Position numbers and translations under genes: made by a program. Positions 1 through 13,031 of a stretch of 64,000 nt of DNA are shown in pieces. The stretch is from Carcharhinus longimanus (lineage: Eukaryota): contig JASCQW010000105.1 of assembly GCA_030264375.1 (NCBI GenBank), positions 50,277,107 to 50,341,106 on the forward strand, read 5' to 3'. Position 1 is the first letter of the stretch; the number at the start of each line of letters is the position of its first letter. Below the pieces are notes generated by a model, which saw nothing but the letters and a program-made list of their open reading frames with translations, was not told the origin of the DNA and did no database searches.

Positions 1-284
1 TGATCCCTGATGCTGTTCTCCTCGTATCCAACATTCCACTTTTGCCGGTTTTGTGAAATGCAGCTAAAACTGGGACTTGGACAGTTTGATTCCAATCACA
101 GGAGTGTTAGCCTGTTAAAATTAGAGCTTGGGACTCTTTTCCTATACTGGTGCTACTTTACACTATATTTCTGTTTTGCTTGCTCCACACTTTGTCTTCT
201 ATCCTTGCTCTCTCTCAGCCTAAATACCCATTCCCTAACCTACGCTTATTCACACAGCATTTATATGGCTGTTCCAGTTAAGTA

Positions 285-727
285 TCTGATCTGTGGTGAC
301 CCCTAGAATATGGTATTTGATAGCCAAGACATTTAATATCAAGAGCAGATGATTAAATTGCCTCCTGTTGGTGATGGTCATTGCCTGTACTTGTGTCACA
401 TGATTGTTACTTGCCCCTTATCAGTTTGGGCCTGACTGGCGTTCAGATCATATTTCATGTGGGTACAGATTGCTTAATTTTCTATGGATTTATGAAGAGA
501 ACTGAACACTATGCAATCATCAGTGAACAACCCGACTCCTAACCTTACAATGACGGGAAGGTCATTGATGACGCAGCTGAAAATGATAGCTGAACTTAGC
601 ATACTACCCTGAGGAACACTGACAGGGATGTCCAAGGGCTGAAATAATTAGCCTTCACTAACCATAACCATCTTCTTTTGTGCCAGGTATAATTCCAGAC
701 AGTGTAGATTCAGCCCTGATTCCCACT
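285..727 (-). mobile_element. Degenerate CR1-group LINE fragment (RT region), same family as 48420-49487
   Basis: Reverse complement aligns by eye to the RT part of 48420-49487 (e.g. gggaaggtcattgatgacgcagctgaaaatg vs catcttcagctgcttcaacaatgacctttcc). Confidence 0.8.
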
Positions 728-1169
728 CATTTCATGTCAGGTGACCAGAATCTGCTGCTGGCTGCCTCTTCTTGTCTGAAGAAAAAACAATGGATAAAAC
801 TATCTTTTGTTATTTTGTCCCTTTATACCGTCCCCAGCTATCCCTGTAAGGCATTTTGTCTATTCAAATACACCCTTCTGGTGAAATAATTTAGATTATG
901 TGCTTGTGCTCAGGATTTCCTCCAAACTTGAGTAATGACACAGTTGTTCTACCAGCTGATACTGTCTATAAGAACAAGTGTCGTTGTCAGTACAAATAAC
1001 TTAAGAAATAAATAGCAGCAGCTGTAACCATTTACAATAGGTGCAAATGATAGATTCCAGATTGCGAATTGACAATATTTGTAGTTTTGTTGTGTTAAAA
1101 GGAATTCCAGTCACTTTTTTCTTAGTTGAGGAATATTTTAAAAAATTTTTATCATGTATTAAAGGGAAA

Positions 1170-1345
1170 GAAGACATTACTTTCGCTTTCCTGTATAAAA
1201 GGCCTTTGGCACAGTCAGTGTCTCCAAGCTCTTTGTATAATGAAGTCTTAGGAGAGATTAAGGAAAGCATGGTTGAAAAGATTAACTTTTGAGGAGGCTT
1301 TTCCAGGCCAGAACAGAAGTGCAATGTGAAGAGGATTAAAGAGGT
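1170..1345 (-). mobile_element. Degenerate L2 LINE 3' end
   Basis: Resembles the L2 3' ends at 4791 and 42440 (ggagagattaaggaaagcatggttgaaaagattaacttttgaggagg). Confidence 0.5.
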
Positions 1346-1499
1346 CACTTTGCTCTGGCCACAGAAATATACATGGAATGGAAGATGTACTAATCAGAGA
1401 CAGGAAACAGGGAATGCAGAATGGTCAACATTAATATGTCATATATGAAACTTTGAAAGGCCAAAATTCAATGAAGTCTGAAAACGGCCAAAGCAAAAT

Positions 1500-3305
1500 G
1501 ATTATTGGTGATATTTCAGTAATATTTCAGCAGAAGAGCAGCATCTTCTAAAGTATAATGTTGAATATGCAAGATAAGTGCATACCAAAAATCAACCAGC
1601 TCACACTAAGCAAGATGGCACTAAATGTATAAACGGACAGGTTAAAGAAGAAAAAAATGAAAAATCACCTCTGCCAATGTCAAAGGGAAGGTTGCAAACA
1701 ACTGCAATAAGTACAAAAGACATTTCCCCAACATTTTAAGTTAAACTATACTAGAATATCCTGCCAGCTTACAAACAGGGTTATCAGAGAGACAGTAAAA
1801 ATGCTAACTGTTGTGAATGGGGTTCAAAATTAAGGATGAACACCAATAAAAAGTATTCTGGATCATTGTTTCCTCCAAATATTTACAAAGTGTTATATTC
1901 CTGAGATGTGCAAGAGATCAGAAAATGTTTAGACCAAACCTTCCTTACTTGCTTCTTTAAAAAGTAAACTTTGCTGAATCAAAAGATGGCTGCTACTGGT
2001 CACGTGATTTATAAATTGGTTTCTGGAAATTTCAAAAAGCAGATAGATAACAGAAGGTCAACCCATAACCTTGTGAAATCTCGCACCTCTCTTTCTGAGG
2101 ATACATTACAATCAAGAAACCAGGAATCATCAAACAGCAGCCTGGTCCCTATAATAAAGGGAGAGCAAGAAACTCATTATACTTACAGAAACAATAATAG
2201 TCACTATCTATGTCCTCAGGTGACAATGGATTTTGACCAAATGTATAAAACTGCTTGTTTGGCTGCAACTGATTCACCAATGGGAAGCATCACATGACCT
2301 AAGCTTCTGGCCTTTGTAAAGTTTTAATATTGTTTCTCTAGATTTGCAAGTTAGTTTGCTGTTTAACCCCCATCCTGTAAACATCACAGCAGGACTCCTG
2401 GCTGATCAGCAGCCTGCACTAAGTCTAAGCTTCCTCAAAACCTGTTCTTCTGGAAGATTCCTGCTAAACAGACCACATTTCTGTATATCAGCCCATCCTA
2501 CTGCATTACCATCAACTTTAAAGGAGTTTTGCAACTCCTCCTTCAAATAGCTGAATCTGCCTTAGCTGTAGATCATTCCTGAAGGAACCCTCAATGGTCT
2601 CTGACTTTCTGGACTCTAGCAATCATGTGAATGTATGAAGTCGCAGCCACCCCCTGGATCTGANNNNNNNNNNNNNNNNNNNNNNNNNNNNNNNNNNNNN
2701 NNNNNNNNNNNNNNNNNNNNNNNNNNNNNNNNNNNNNNNNNNNNNNNNNNNNNNNNNNNNNNNAGTCGCAGCCACCCCCTGGATCTGAATGTGTGAATAA
2801 ACTATACTTCTGATTTAAACCAAAAGAGAGTTTTCTGTGGATCACTTTAAAAATTGACCCCTCAAACAAAGGGTTTGAGCAAACACATCATAACCTATTT
2901 CAAAACTTAAAACATCTCTGCTTACAGACAAATGGCGAGGGGAAAAAAGTTCAGTTTTCTCCCTCTCTCTCCCCTGTCTGTGACAAATGGAAAATATGAG
3001 CAATAAGCTCTTCTGAAGTAAAGTGATCCCAAGCAAAGTAAATACTTTTTTTTATGAAATGGAAGTTTTAGAAAGGCAGTATGTATTTAAAATAAATCCT
3101 TGCTCAGTCTTCCCAGGTTCTTTTTGAAATGTTCACAAAAATGATACTCATTTCAGTGTGTTGGGAAATACTACGGATGTAATTTCTGAAGCACTCTCAA
3201 AGCTTGTGAAGGTGTCAGTTGATATTGGTGAAGTATCATTTCGCAGAACGTGGGCTGGTCTTGTGCCCATTTTCAGAAAGGAGAGGTGATGAGCAAGAAC
3301 TAGCC
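1500..3305 (+). mobile_element. Old CR1 ORF2 fragment split by a solo LTR (pieces ~1500-1890 and 2986-3305)
   Basis: atatttacaaag before the LTR resembles the CR1 'SVFTKE' region; after it, gatattggtgaagtatc...cttgtgcccattttcagaaaggag resembles the CR1 'GEVP..W..A.VVPIFKKG' motif. Confidence 0.55.
1891..2985 (+). mobile_element. Solo LTR (Gypsy/ERV-like)
   Basis: Starts TGTTATA and ends TGTGACA; TATA-like tgtataaaa at ~2242; aataaa at ~2796; flanks aaag/aatg (imperfect TSD); interrupts a CR1; contains a 100-N gap. Confidence 0.65.
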
Positions 3306-3394
3306 TTAACTTAATTCCATATAACTCCTAAACTCTGGATTTTCTTCCTTATACCTTTTCTCACCTCCAGTTCTCTTTCCTCCTGCAAGATGTT

Positions 3395-3547
3395 CCATAA
3401 AACCTACCTCTCTGACCAAACATTTTGTCATTTAATCCATAATTTCGTTGTGTGGCTTGGTTAATTTTTTTATGTTATAATGTTCTCACAAAGCACCCTG
3501 GCATGTTTTATTACATTAAAGATGCTATGTAAATATATTTTGATGTT
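3395..3547 (+). mobile_element. L2 LINE 3' end
   Basis: aaaacctacctctctgaccaaacattttgtca...aagcaccctggcatgttttattacattaaagatgctatgtaaat, reverse-complementary to the L2 ends at 4791 and 42440. Confidence 0.8.
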
Positions 3548-3625
3548 CAAAAATAATGGAATAGATTGTCAGAAATAAATGTGATGATCATCTGTACAAT
3601 TGCTCCATTGGTGGTTGTTAGACTT

Positions 3626-3807
3626 AATAAAACCAAAATACTGCAGTTGTTGGAAATTTGAAATAAAATCAATGCCAGAAATGCTCAGCAGGTCTGGGAA
3701 CATCTGTGGAAAGAGTTGATGTTTTGAGCTGAACATGAGTCCAGTTCTGAAGAAGTCAAACTGGACACAAAGTGTCAACTCTGTTTCTTTCTCCTCTGGT
3801 GCTGCCT
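3626..3807. mobile_element. Penelope-like pseudo-LTR fold-back with degenerate hammerhead core
   Basis: ctgcagttgttggaaatttgaaataaaatcaatgccagaaatgctcagcaggtctggg arm, then CTGAAGA at 3747-3753, then an inverted arm (gagttgatgtttt / aaagtgtcaactc). Confidence 0.7.
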
Positions 3808-4149
3808 ATTCATTGTCAGAATTGATTTGGAAGGGACAGATCTTTCCTGGTCAACCACCTCATCATCCTGTCAATAATATCTATGGCACAAACAAGACTA
3901 TCTGTTCAAACTAAAAGTTGTAAAGACGTTTTATTAAACTATGTATGAGTAAGAAAGTGCAGTTGATTGGGACCATTTGGATAACCTGAGATAACTACAG
4001 GCCCACCAGCACCTCCTGCGCTGTATCATTACTTCATTCTATGAGAATTGGCGCACTAAATTGAATACGGTCAAGTGCACGGCACTTTGTATAGAAAGAA
4101 AAGAAGGTAGGTAATGTGTATTATCCTGAATGGAATTGAAAAAACTGAA

Positions 4150-4463
4150 GAGGTGGCGTGATGGTTGGCGTTGCTGCCTTGTGGCACCGGGGACCCAGGT
4201 TCAGTTCCAGCCTCAGGTCGCTGTCAGTGTGGAGTTTGCGTATTCACTGCATATCTGTGTGAGTTTCTTCCAGCTGTTCTGGTTTCCTTCCACACTCCAA
4301 AGATGTGCAGGTTGGGTTGTCTGGCTATGATAAATAGCTCCTTAACCTCCCTGACGCTATCACGGTAATTATCTGGGGTTACGGCGATAGGGTCTGGGTG
4401 GGATTGTGGTTGCTGCAGACTCAATGGGCCAAATCGCCTGCTTCTGTACTGCAGGAACTCAAT
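4150..4463 (+). mobile_element. HE1/V-SINE (CR1/HER-type tail)
   Basis: tRNA-like head with B box (ggttcagttcc), V-domain core ggtttccttccacactccaaagatgtgcaggtt, tail gggccaaatcgcctgcttctgtactg. Confidence 0.9.
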
Positions 4464-4790
4464 GTAATGGGAAGAAATTTGGGAAACTTCATTGACTTGA
4501 GCCTAAAGGGCAATTTGTTCAAGTAATGAATCAGCAATGCAAATACAATGCTCAAGCACCGAGCCAAAATAGTAGACCATAAGGTACTGATCCCCTCTGA
4601 CTGTGCTCTATTTGATCAGCATCTTGCATACAGCATCCAGCTCCAGTTGCCAAAAAACAAGGGAAATATTCAAATACTGAAGGTGACCAAAGATGAGCCA
4701 TGTTGGATCTCAGGATCAAGATTCAATAAAGTGATGAAATTCTGGAAAGTTTAAACTTTCCACTAAGCGTGGAAAAATCTGATAAATATA

Positions 4791-5640
4791 ACAACAGTAA
4801 CTTATCCAGGTATAGTGCCTTTAATGTAATGAAACTTCCCAAAATGTTTCACAGGAGTATTGTAAAACAATGGCACTGAGCCACAAGAGACATGTTAGGT
4901 CAAGTGACCAAACACTTTGTTAAAGAGGTAGATTTTAAAGAGTTTCTTAAGGGAGGAGCGTGAGGTACGAGAGACAGAGATATGTTAGGAAAGAATTCCC
5001 GAATTTAGGGTCTGGGCAAATGAAAACATGGCCACAAGTGGGAGAGCGATAAAAATCCACTTGCCCAGAATGCTTGAATTAGAGGACTGCAGATATGTTT
5101 AATGGTTCTGAGACAAGAAGAGATTACAGAGGTAGAGAAGAGTGAGGCCTCAGAGGGACTTGAAACAAGGGTAGGATTTAAAAAATCAAGACCTAGCTTA
5201 ACCAGGAGCCAATGAAGGTTAGCCAGCACAAGGCAGATAAGAGAATAGGAATTGCTGTAAGTTATGCACAGGCAGCAAACTTTTGAATGACTTCAAGTTC
5301 ACAGAAGGTAGAATGTGGGAGACCAGCCAGGAGTGCTGTAGAATAAGTTAAGACTAGAGATAATGAAGGCATGAATGATAGTTTCAGCAGCAGATGAGCT
5401 GATCCAAGTTGGATGATGTTATGAAGATAAGTGGTCTTTGTAATGACACCAATATGAGGTTGGAAATACATCTTAAGAGATCAAAAATGACATCAAGGTT
5501 GCAAACTAACTGGCTTAATCTTGGACTGTTGGCTGGGAGAGATGGAATTAGTAGCTAGGGGATGGGATTTGGAGCTGGACCAGAGTCAATGGATTCAGCC
5601 TACCTGATATTTAATTGGAGTACATGTTTGCTCATTCAGT
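4791..5640 (-). mobile_element. L2 LINE 3' fragment (ORF2 C-terminus plus 3' UTR)
   Basis: Minus-strand ORFs give L2-type motifs 'FQPHI', 'ALLAGLP', 'LEVIQ..AA' and 'LANLHWL', all frameshifted. Confidence 0.9.
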
Positions 5641-5644
5641 ATGG

Positions 5645-5952
5645 CAAGATTATAGAAGATATACAAGATTAATTGAATGGAAAAAGTTAATCTAATCATT
5701 GAAACAGAACTGGAAGGTATTGGTTGAAACTAATAAAGGATTAGATGAATTTGAGATTTAAAATTATTCTTAAATTAAAGTGGCCAATGTACGGAATTGA
5801 TTTCCGAATGAGGTAATGAATGCTAAAAGCCTGGAAACATTCTTGAAACAATTGGGTGACTTGTTGAAAGGATTTTAGAATTTTTCTGAAACGGATCAAT
5901 TAAGTTTGACCAAGTGGCCCTCCTCATCCTTAATTGTTCTGTGATCTTATGA
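5645..5952 (+). mobile_element. Degenerate CR1 3' end
   Basis: CR1-like C-terminal and 3' UTR sequence ending gaccaagtggccctcctcatcc...gttctgtgatcttatga. Confidence 0.6.
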
Positions 5953-6229
5953 ACCTTGCGCGTGAAGATGGTGAGTTGAGGTAGTTACTGGCATCTATTT
6001 AGAGAAGTCACCTTCAAAGTATAACTCAACAAAAAAAAACTCTGAAGATCTTATGCTATTTACTTTTATGTTCAGGTTTACCTTTCAGCAAGAACCAGAT
6101 ATTCAAAACTAAAATATTATTTATGTAGGTGAGAAAATGTCTTTATTTATTGATCATTATTTGCTTTCTCATTTGCCTTACTTAATGGCACATCCTAAAG
6201 CAGCAATATTTTTCTGACACCAGTTCAAG

Positions 6230-6490
6230 AGCAATTACTGAACAAAATTGGACAGCAAGCTATATAAGGAGATTTTAGGACAGATAACTAAAAGCTTGGT
6301 CAAAGGAGTAGGTTTTATGGGATATCTTGAAAGAGGAAAGAGTGGTTAGCAAAGGTTTAGGCAGGAGATTCTAGAACTCGAAGCTAAGGCAGCTAAAGGC
6401 TTCACCACCAACAGCGAAATAAAGAAAGTCAAGATCACGTGAGGGAGCAGAATTGTAGGAACGGAGGAATCTTGGAGGGTGTAGGGGGGT
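6230..6490 (-). mobile_element. L2 LINE 3' fragment
   Basis: aggagattttaggacagataactaaaagcttggtcaaaggagtaggtttt, homologous to 4880-5030. Confidence 0.8.
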
Positions 6491-6529
6491 TCATTTTTAG
6501 AACCAATGTTTTCTATACTACATTTCTAA

Positions 6530-7330
6530 GTAAGTTTACAGTTGTCATCTGCTCAATTATTAAAACTTGAAAATCATAATGAGCATGTTGACATATTAAT
6601 GCCTCATGTGTGTAATTGTATAATAAGATTATTCACAGTAATTGTCAGGTTAAAGTCTCCCTAGATCTATTTCTTATATTAGCTTCCTCTCAAATATCTT
6701 GCTTTTGCACACATTAACAACATCTGCACATTTAGATATTCTGTTTGTAATTCTTTCACTTATAAATATGATGACCGACAGGCCCCAGGAAATAATTCAA
6801 TGAATCCTTCCCTGGTCAGTTATCCAATTAGAACTGCTACCATAAATCACTGCTTTACATTTTGTCTGATTTAACCAATTTGTTATCCAATATATTATTT
6901 ACACTTTTATTCCCAAAAGCCCTCATTTTAGTCACAAATCTCAGGAGGTACCTTATTAGCTGCCTTTTGAAACTCTAGTTACATACTATCTACTTCAGTC
7001 ATGTTTTCTGCTCTATTTTTTATACTATAGATGTTGAGATAACAGACGTTATTCCCCAGATCATGCCTCTGACCTATTTTAGCAATTGAACAGTTTTAGA
7101 TATTTTGTAATATTAAGGTGCTATCCCTGGATTTAATGAGCTGTGAAAAATTCTAGCCACAGCTCTTCCTACATCTACCCTCCAGTCTCTAGGTACACTT
7201 GGACACACTTCATATCATCCTATTGGTTTATGAATATTCAGATATTCCTAAATTTCCTAAAGCTGCTAAATTTCTATTTTTTTCTGTTTTTATCTTGTAT
7301 TTTCCCTTAAGCTTGTATTGTCCGATCTCT
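6530..7330 (-). mobile_element. Degenerate CR1 RT fragment
   Basis: ggccccagg...ggtaccttattagctgccttttgaaactctag is the reverse complement of the CR1 'LDFQKAFDKVP' and 'LGP' regions; homologous to 53190-53400. Confidence 0.7.
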
Positions 7331-8594
7331 TTCCTAATGTCCTTTTAATTATTTAATATTCTTCCTGTACGTTCCATAAATTATTTTAACAATAGTTTAT
7401 GTTCTGAATTTTTGAAAAAGAAATTCAAATCCATGAACAGATAATGGAATGGATCTCACACCCACCAATTGCAACCTCTCACCCCCCTGCCTTGGTTAAT
7501 GGGAATGGGTGGAGTAGTTATTAAAATGGATTTATTTCATCTTCAGCTGAGGTACCTGCCGGCAACAGAGAGTAAATATATTGGAATCCTACATTATAAA
7601 TAGAATTCCTACGCTATTTTAACTGACTGGGTTAGTGCCTGTTCTGCTGAGTAAAACCTTACAGGATTAGATTTAGGCCCTTATTGACTCATTGGAAGCA
7701 GTTTAAAAGGGGCATTCTGTTGTATTAAAGGGACACTGTTGTTATAGGTAGAAGATTTCCAAGAGTTTTTGAGCATAAAGATTGCTTCTTTTTTGTTTTG
7801 TTGTGCTCTGTGGGTGCTACTACTGTTTTGTTGCTTTGAATGCTCAGATAACTGACTTCACTTCAAAGTTATTTACTGGATTTGAAATGCTTTTGCATGT
7901 TTTGTGGATGTGATAAAACTCCCTATATAAGCAGGATCTCATTTCACTGTCCAACTGCTGTATTTGAACACTGCTCCAATCAATTAGAGACCTTCCTCTC
8001 CAAAACAAAAACTGTGGTACATATGATCTGTCGTTCCTCTCCAGGCTCTGTCAATATCAAAAGGCTCCTCAGTTATCTACAAAATCAATTTCACCCTGTG
8101 TGCACCATCTTAAAGCCAATTATCCTCTTTATTTTTTCCACGTACTCAGTTGGAAACAATCCAGTCATAAGCACCTCTTGCGCTTTTTGCTTCCAGCATA
8201 TTCAGTAATCATTTTAAAATTTCTGGGGGTTTTTTTGATGCTGTTAGTTTTACCTTGGTATGTTCGGTTTTGACAAAAAAAAGATTTGTCAGTTACTGTC
8301 ATTTTCTGGGCCCTGGGCTTGGATTCATCTCTTGATTGATGCAATTAAATGTCTTCTTTTGTTGCTGGGAAGAATGCTACATGACCTGAGTCTGGGTCAG
8401 CTTGTATCATCTTCTGCCTGCAGCAGTTCGAGGTTCAAACTGCCCACTATTCTGCATAACTTGACAATCAGCTTTTGAGCAACTGGAGTTGGTGTAGGAA
8501 ATGAAACAGTTCTTGCTGGTTCAGGAGGGAGTTCATTTCCAAGGTTGCTGTAAGATAGCTGGTCAACAAAGCTATTGGGTTTGGACTTCAGCAG

Positions 8595-8675
8595 GATGAA
8601 GAGGGATCCCATGTAAAAACTCTCCATAGATGCTACCCGACCTGTGTACTTCCATTATTTTCAGTTTATATTCCA
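8595..8675. mobile_element. Penelope-like terminal fragment (single arm)
   Basis: ctctccatagatgctacccgacctg...ttccattattttcagttt is the reverse complement of the arm at 14830. Confidence 0.55.
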
Positions 8676-8908
8676 ACCATCTAATTGACTTTTTGGAACA
8701 ACTGCACAGTGATTTACTTTTTTGATTGATCTGAAAATTTTAAGTTACACAATGAGCATTCATTACTTTATGGTTGTTTAATATAATGATTGTATTCTCA
8801 AAACATTTTAAAAGCTAAATTTATTATCCCCAAGACATGGGTTTGGGGATGAAAATGGAGGCTTAATTTGCATAGATGTTCAAAGTTTGACTTGGGAAAG
8901 GCACAAAA

Positions 8909-9880
8909 ATGGCAAAATATAGGAGACAATACTCTCCATAGTTTTCCAGAACTTCACTGGAGGCTTTGGTGGGGAGGTGCACAGAAGAAGAGATGTGCTG
9001 TATCCAGAGACAGCCAAGAGACCTTCCAGGAAAAAACTCAAAGATAGCACAGGTGTCAGCTCCCTGGAGGGTGAGGTCTTACACAAGATCTGCAAATGAA
9101 TTCTCAATTGAATACTTAGACCGGTGAAGGATAAGAAAGCTAATGGGCAGATGCAATAAGTTGCTTAGTGCTTTGATAGAATTGTATGTCATTTCAGGCA
9201 GAATGGGTGAGTCCTGCACCAGCTTTGTATGGAGATGTGCACAAAGTTTGGAGTCCATTCTTTCCAGAACAAAAATGGTGAACAACTCTATTAGCACACT
9301 TGTAGACCCAACTAGGAAAAAGCATCTGATTGTTGATATTTCAGCTTCTGTTGCAGCACATGCAGAAAGCATCTGATATCTGGCTGCTGCAGTGGAAACC
9401 CAGACTGCTATCATCCAAGTTCACCTTGTTGTCTGCAAGCTTAAATTGCTGCCAATCTCAGCTGCAGATACCAGTGCTCAAATGGGCTTACAGAATGTCC
9501 CAACAGTCCAGCAATCTGTCCTTTAATCATTGGTGTCTATAACCAAGTAAGTGGCAATGGATCTGTCCCTCTCTCAGGTTGATTATATTCATTCTCCCAC
9601 CACTGCCACACGGCAGTGTCCTTTTTGTTGCCTGCCAGCTAACCAGCCCTTACTGCCAAGGTCTGCTAGTGAAGGCATGCCAAAATGCTGCAATCCAAAG
9701 CTGGGTATTCATGGGTCAGAGCTGTTCAAGGTTGTTCTCAAGGCCAAATGCTATCTCCTTCATTGAAAGACAGCAGCCTTCCACCAGCTATGCTGCAACT
9801 ATTAGGAAAGAACTGCATAAAGGCAATAGGACAGGCAAAGGCTCACAAAAGGCAGACACGAAGGGAGTACACAATGGTGA
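8909..9880 (+). pseudogene. Decayed Myb/SANT-like (NAIF1-like) ORF of a PIF/Harbinger transposon
   Basis: Manual translation from ATG 8909 gives MAKYRRQYSP*FSRTSLEALV, then a -1 frameshift to EVHRRRDVLYPETAKRPSRKKLK, matching the 'RFS..LEALVEEV..RRDVL' N-terminus of Harbinger Myb proteins; ORF 9143-9376 resembles their C-terminal region. Confidence 0.75.
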
Positions 9881-10039
9881 TTAGTTGGCAACAATGAACA
9901 TGGTTTGGTTTATGAATTTGTTTTAGAATTTTTATTTTGTGTAGGCTTTAATTTTTACATTGAGAGCACTGAGATTATCAGTGATAGAGGGAAGCTCACT
10001 GGTGGGACTGTTAGTGAGTGGGACTTAAAATTGTATTTA

Positions 10040-10140
10040 TTGCTTTCACAGTTGGATGAGCAAATAACAGGCAGTCCAGAAATTGTGGTGATTGCCTCCG
10101 CTGTTTCTCTTCTGCTTTCTCTTCTTCCCCTGCTCCTCAG
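10040..10140 (-). pseudogene. Remnant of Harbinger transposase (HARBI1-like) acidic C-terminus
   Basis: Minus strand gaggagcaggggaagaagagaaagcagaagag...ctcatccaactg resembles the E-rich '...RDRLI.L' end; it is convergent with the Myb ORF. Confidence 0.45.
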
Positions 10141-10462
10141 TTACTCACTATTTACTTGGTTAAGGTTGTTCAGTTAGAAGCATTTAGCTGTTTTAACGCT
10201 GCAGACAAATGAGTCTATTAAACAAAGTAGCTGAAAAGAATTGATCCATACACCAGAATGATCAATTTATTGCTAGTTGTGACCCGACTTGAGAGGTTCA
10301 TCACTCTTACAGAGCTTGTAGTTTCTTCAGAAATTTAAATGATTCTTGTCGCTAAGCTCCAAAATGTAATTTGTAATTGGCAAAGCATTTCATGGGAGCA
10401 TTAAGGTGAAACTTAGTAACAATGCCATTCACATTGATATTTGGCCCAAGTAAGAGTCAACC

Positions 10463-10552
10463 TAAGAACATAAGAAGTAGGAGTAGGCCATCTAGCCCTT
10501 CAAGCCTGCCCCGCCATTCAATAAGATCATGGCTGATCTGTCGTGGCTCAGT
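10463..10552 (-). mobile_element. Young CR1 3' end (family A), truncated by a gap
   Basis: taagaacataagaa tail plus aggagtaggccatctagcccttcaagcctgccccgccattcaataagatcatggc, near-identical to 52886 and 58453. Confidence 0.92.
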
Positions 10553-12687
10553 NNNNNNNNNNNNNNNNNNNNNNNNNNNNNNNNNNNNNNNNNNNNNNNN
10601 NNNNNNNNNNNNNNNNNNNNNNNNNNNNNNNNNNNNNNNNNNNNNNNNNNNNNAAGGAATTTTCATAACCAAGAAGACCCTGGATTTTTGTCTTCTGTTC
10701 AGAAACTGTGGGTTGGGCCATTTCCCCCAGTGTCATGGTCTCGACTTATAAAAGTCAGCCCAGTGTTTTGGTTGCTGGATATCGGATGCTGGCTGGAGTT
10801 GGGGCTGCTGCCTCCAGATGCAGGCCCAAGGTGATGAGTGGATGATGATCTGGCAGGGCAAACGACCTGCCTCCATTTTCTGGGATATCAGCCCAGTTCA
10901 GTTCATAATTGTTACGCCCTTGAGCCCTCATCTCTCTCTTTCCCTCACCTCCCATGAACTCAACCCCATGTACCCTCATAGTGGCAACTGTCAACAGAAG
11001 CAGGCTGAACAGGTAGTCAGAGATGTGTCTTGCCAAATGCCTCATTGTGAATGCTTTGCTAAGTTCCGAGGATGAATGATGGGGTTTGTTCATATGCTTG
11101 CAAAGGGGACTGCAGGCTTTGTTTGACAGCGTTATTGCCTTGTAACAACTTAATTTTTCTTTGAAGTATTTTTTAAATGTCTGTGTGTTTATTTAGACAA
11201 GATTAAATATTTGGGAATTTGTATGATGGGAATTTCATTGAATGTTGTTAGTTTTATGAGAAGCTAAGAGAGGGAATTTTCTTCAAAGGGAATGTTGAAT
11301 TTTTTAATTTGAGAACATTTCAAAGATTTGTCAGTGTTACTTTAAGGCTCATTGGTTCTGAACATAGTGGATAGTGGAAAAGTGCTTCAAAAGTAAAGCA
11401 GATGTCAGGACATAAAATCAATGTGAAAATCAAACCATTGCACTGAAAATGTACTTAACTCATCACAAACCATTACGTCATGAGAGTTGGAGCTGACAAG
11501 GGCTTTTAATCTTACCTGTCTAAAGGTTCCCTTCTCACAACAGGCTTCCCACAAATGGCCTTACCAGCTGTGTTGCCCACAGATATCAGGAATCCATCTG
11601 CCTGAACTGAAATACCAAATTCAGGAAACTTGAATTTGCAGCAGGCATTTAAGTAATGAACCCAATGTCACTTTTAAGTGAGCATTGTGTGGCCCATCAC
11701 ACTTTCCAACCTGCTGGAAATGATGGATGGGGGGAATTGGAAAGAACATTTACAAATGTGGCCCCACTTCCCTCCCTTTTCTTGTTTTTTCAATGTTTGG
11801 AGATGAAAATTCAGCCCCTGATGTGACATTCGTTATTACTTGCTTTCATTTGACAGTATCTCCAAGTATTTTCCCTTGAATTGAATTTCAAGGTGAAGCC
11901 TGGTCCAGGCTAATTAAAATGATTTGCTCAGATCAGTTATGTTTTCTTGGTGATTGTCTAAAATTTCAACACTTACCATCAGGCATTCATTTTTAGTGGA
12001 CATTCTTTTAGCTACCTATTTTTATTCATTTATAACAGTGAATGTCACATTTTTCTTAGTTGAACCCTTGCAAGATGTTGTCTTTTTTATTCTTTCTCAC
12101 ATATAAGTGTCATTTTTGTCCATCCTTAATGTTTTTATCAAAGTAGTGATAGCCTTCCTATATTTCTCCTTCGCTGCAGTTTTATACACCTGTACATAGT
12201 TGGACCACTTCAGAAAATTCCATCATTGTGATCTGGAGTAGATGAGAGTTAATAAGGACCACAAGTTTCCTTCCTGAACACAATGAACCAGTTTGGAATT
12301 GAAGAGAAACTGAATATAGGAATCACCCTGTCATCCTTAAATCATAGCTTTTGCCATTGGCACTGTGACAGCAGTAGCATTAGTACTTTTTTGCCAGCCA
12401 TGTCTGGACTTGCTGAAAATGCTTCATTATTTGCACACCTCTGACCCTCAAACTGTGCAGGAAGCTTTCTATCCCCAGATTATATTCCACCCAGCTCGCA
12501 TATTTGAAAACTAATGCAGTTAAGCTACCTGTTAATGTAACTTTTCTTACAAAAGTTACTGCCTTTGAGGATTGTGATAAGTCCTGTCATTTTTCATAGT
12601 ACTGTAGTTATTCAATGATAATAGGCAGAATTAATTTTTTTCTATGTTTTGTTCAAAATCGGCGCTCTGAATGGGATATGAATGGTT

Positions 12688-13031
12688 ATAGAATCATAGA
12701 ATCCCTACAGTGCAAAAAGCAGCCATTTAGCCCATTGAGTCAACACCGATTTTCCGAAAAAGATTCCTATCCAGGTCCTTCCCTCCACTCTATCCCTCTG
12801 CGCATTTACCATGGACAGTCCACCAAACCTATACATTTTTGAACACTAAGGGCAACTTAGCATGGCCAATCCACCTAACCTGCACATCTTTGGACTGTGG
12901 GAGGAAGTGGCCCACGAAGAGGCCGCACAGACATGGGGAGATCGCACGAACTCCACACAGTCCCACAAGACTGGTATTGAACCCGAGTCCCTGGCACTAG
13001 TGAGGCAGAGGTGCTTGCCACTGTGCTGCCC
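12688..13031 (-). mobile_element. HE1/V-SINE (tctatgat tail)
   Basis: atagaatcatagaatccctacag tail, core ttagcatggccaatccacctaacctgcacatctttggactgtgggaggaa, head ending ctgtgctgccc. Confidence 0.95.

Noticed and set aside
2639-2788. 25 bp direct repeat agtcgcagccaccccctggatctga, a possible CRISPR-like or tandem repeat
   Set aside because: The identical copies abut both sides of a 100-N gap, typical of an unmerged contig overlap; the context is eukaryotic.
6076-6128. Possible plus-strand exon (ttcag|GTTTAC...TGTAG|gtgaga)
   Set aside because: Very AT-rich, peptide not recognised, and expected by chance.
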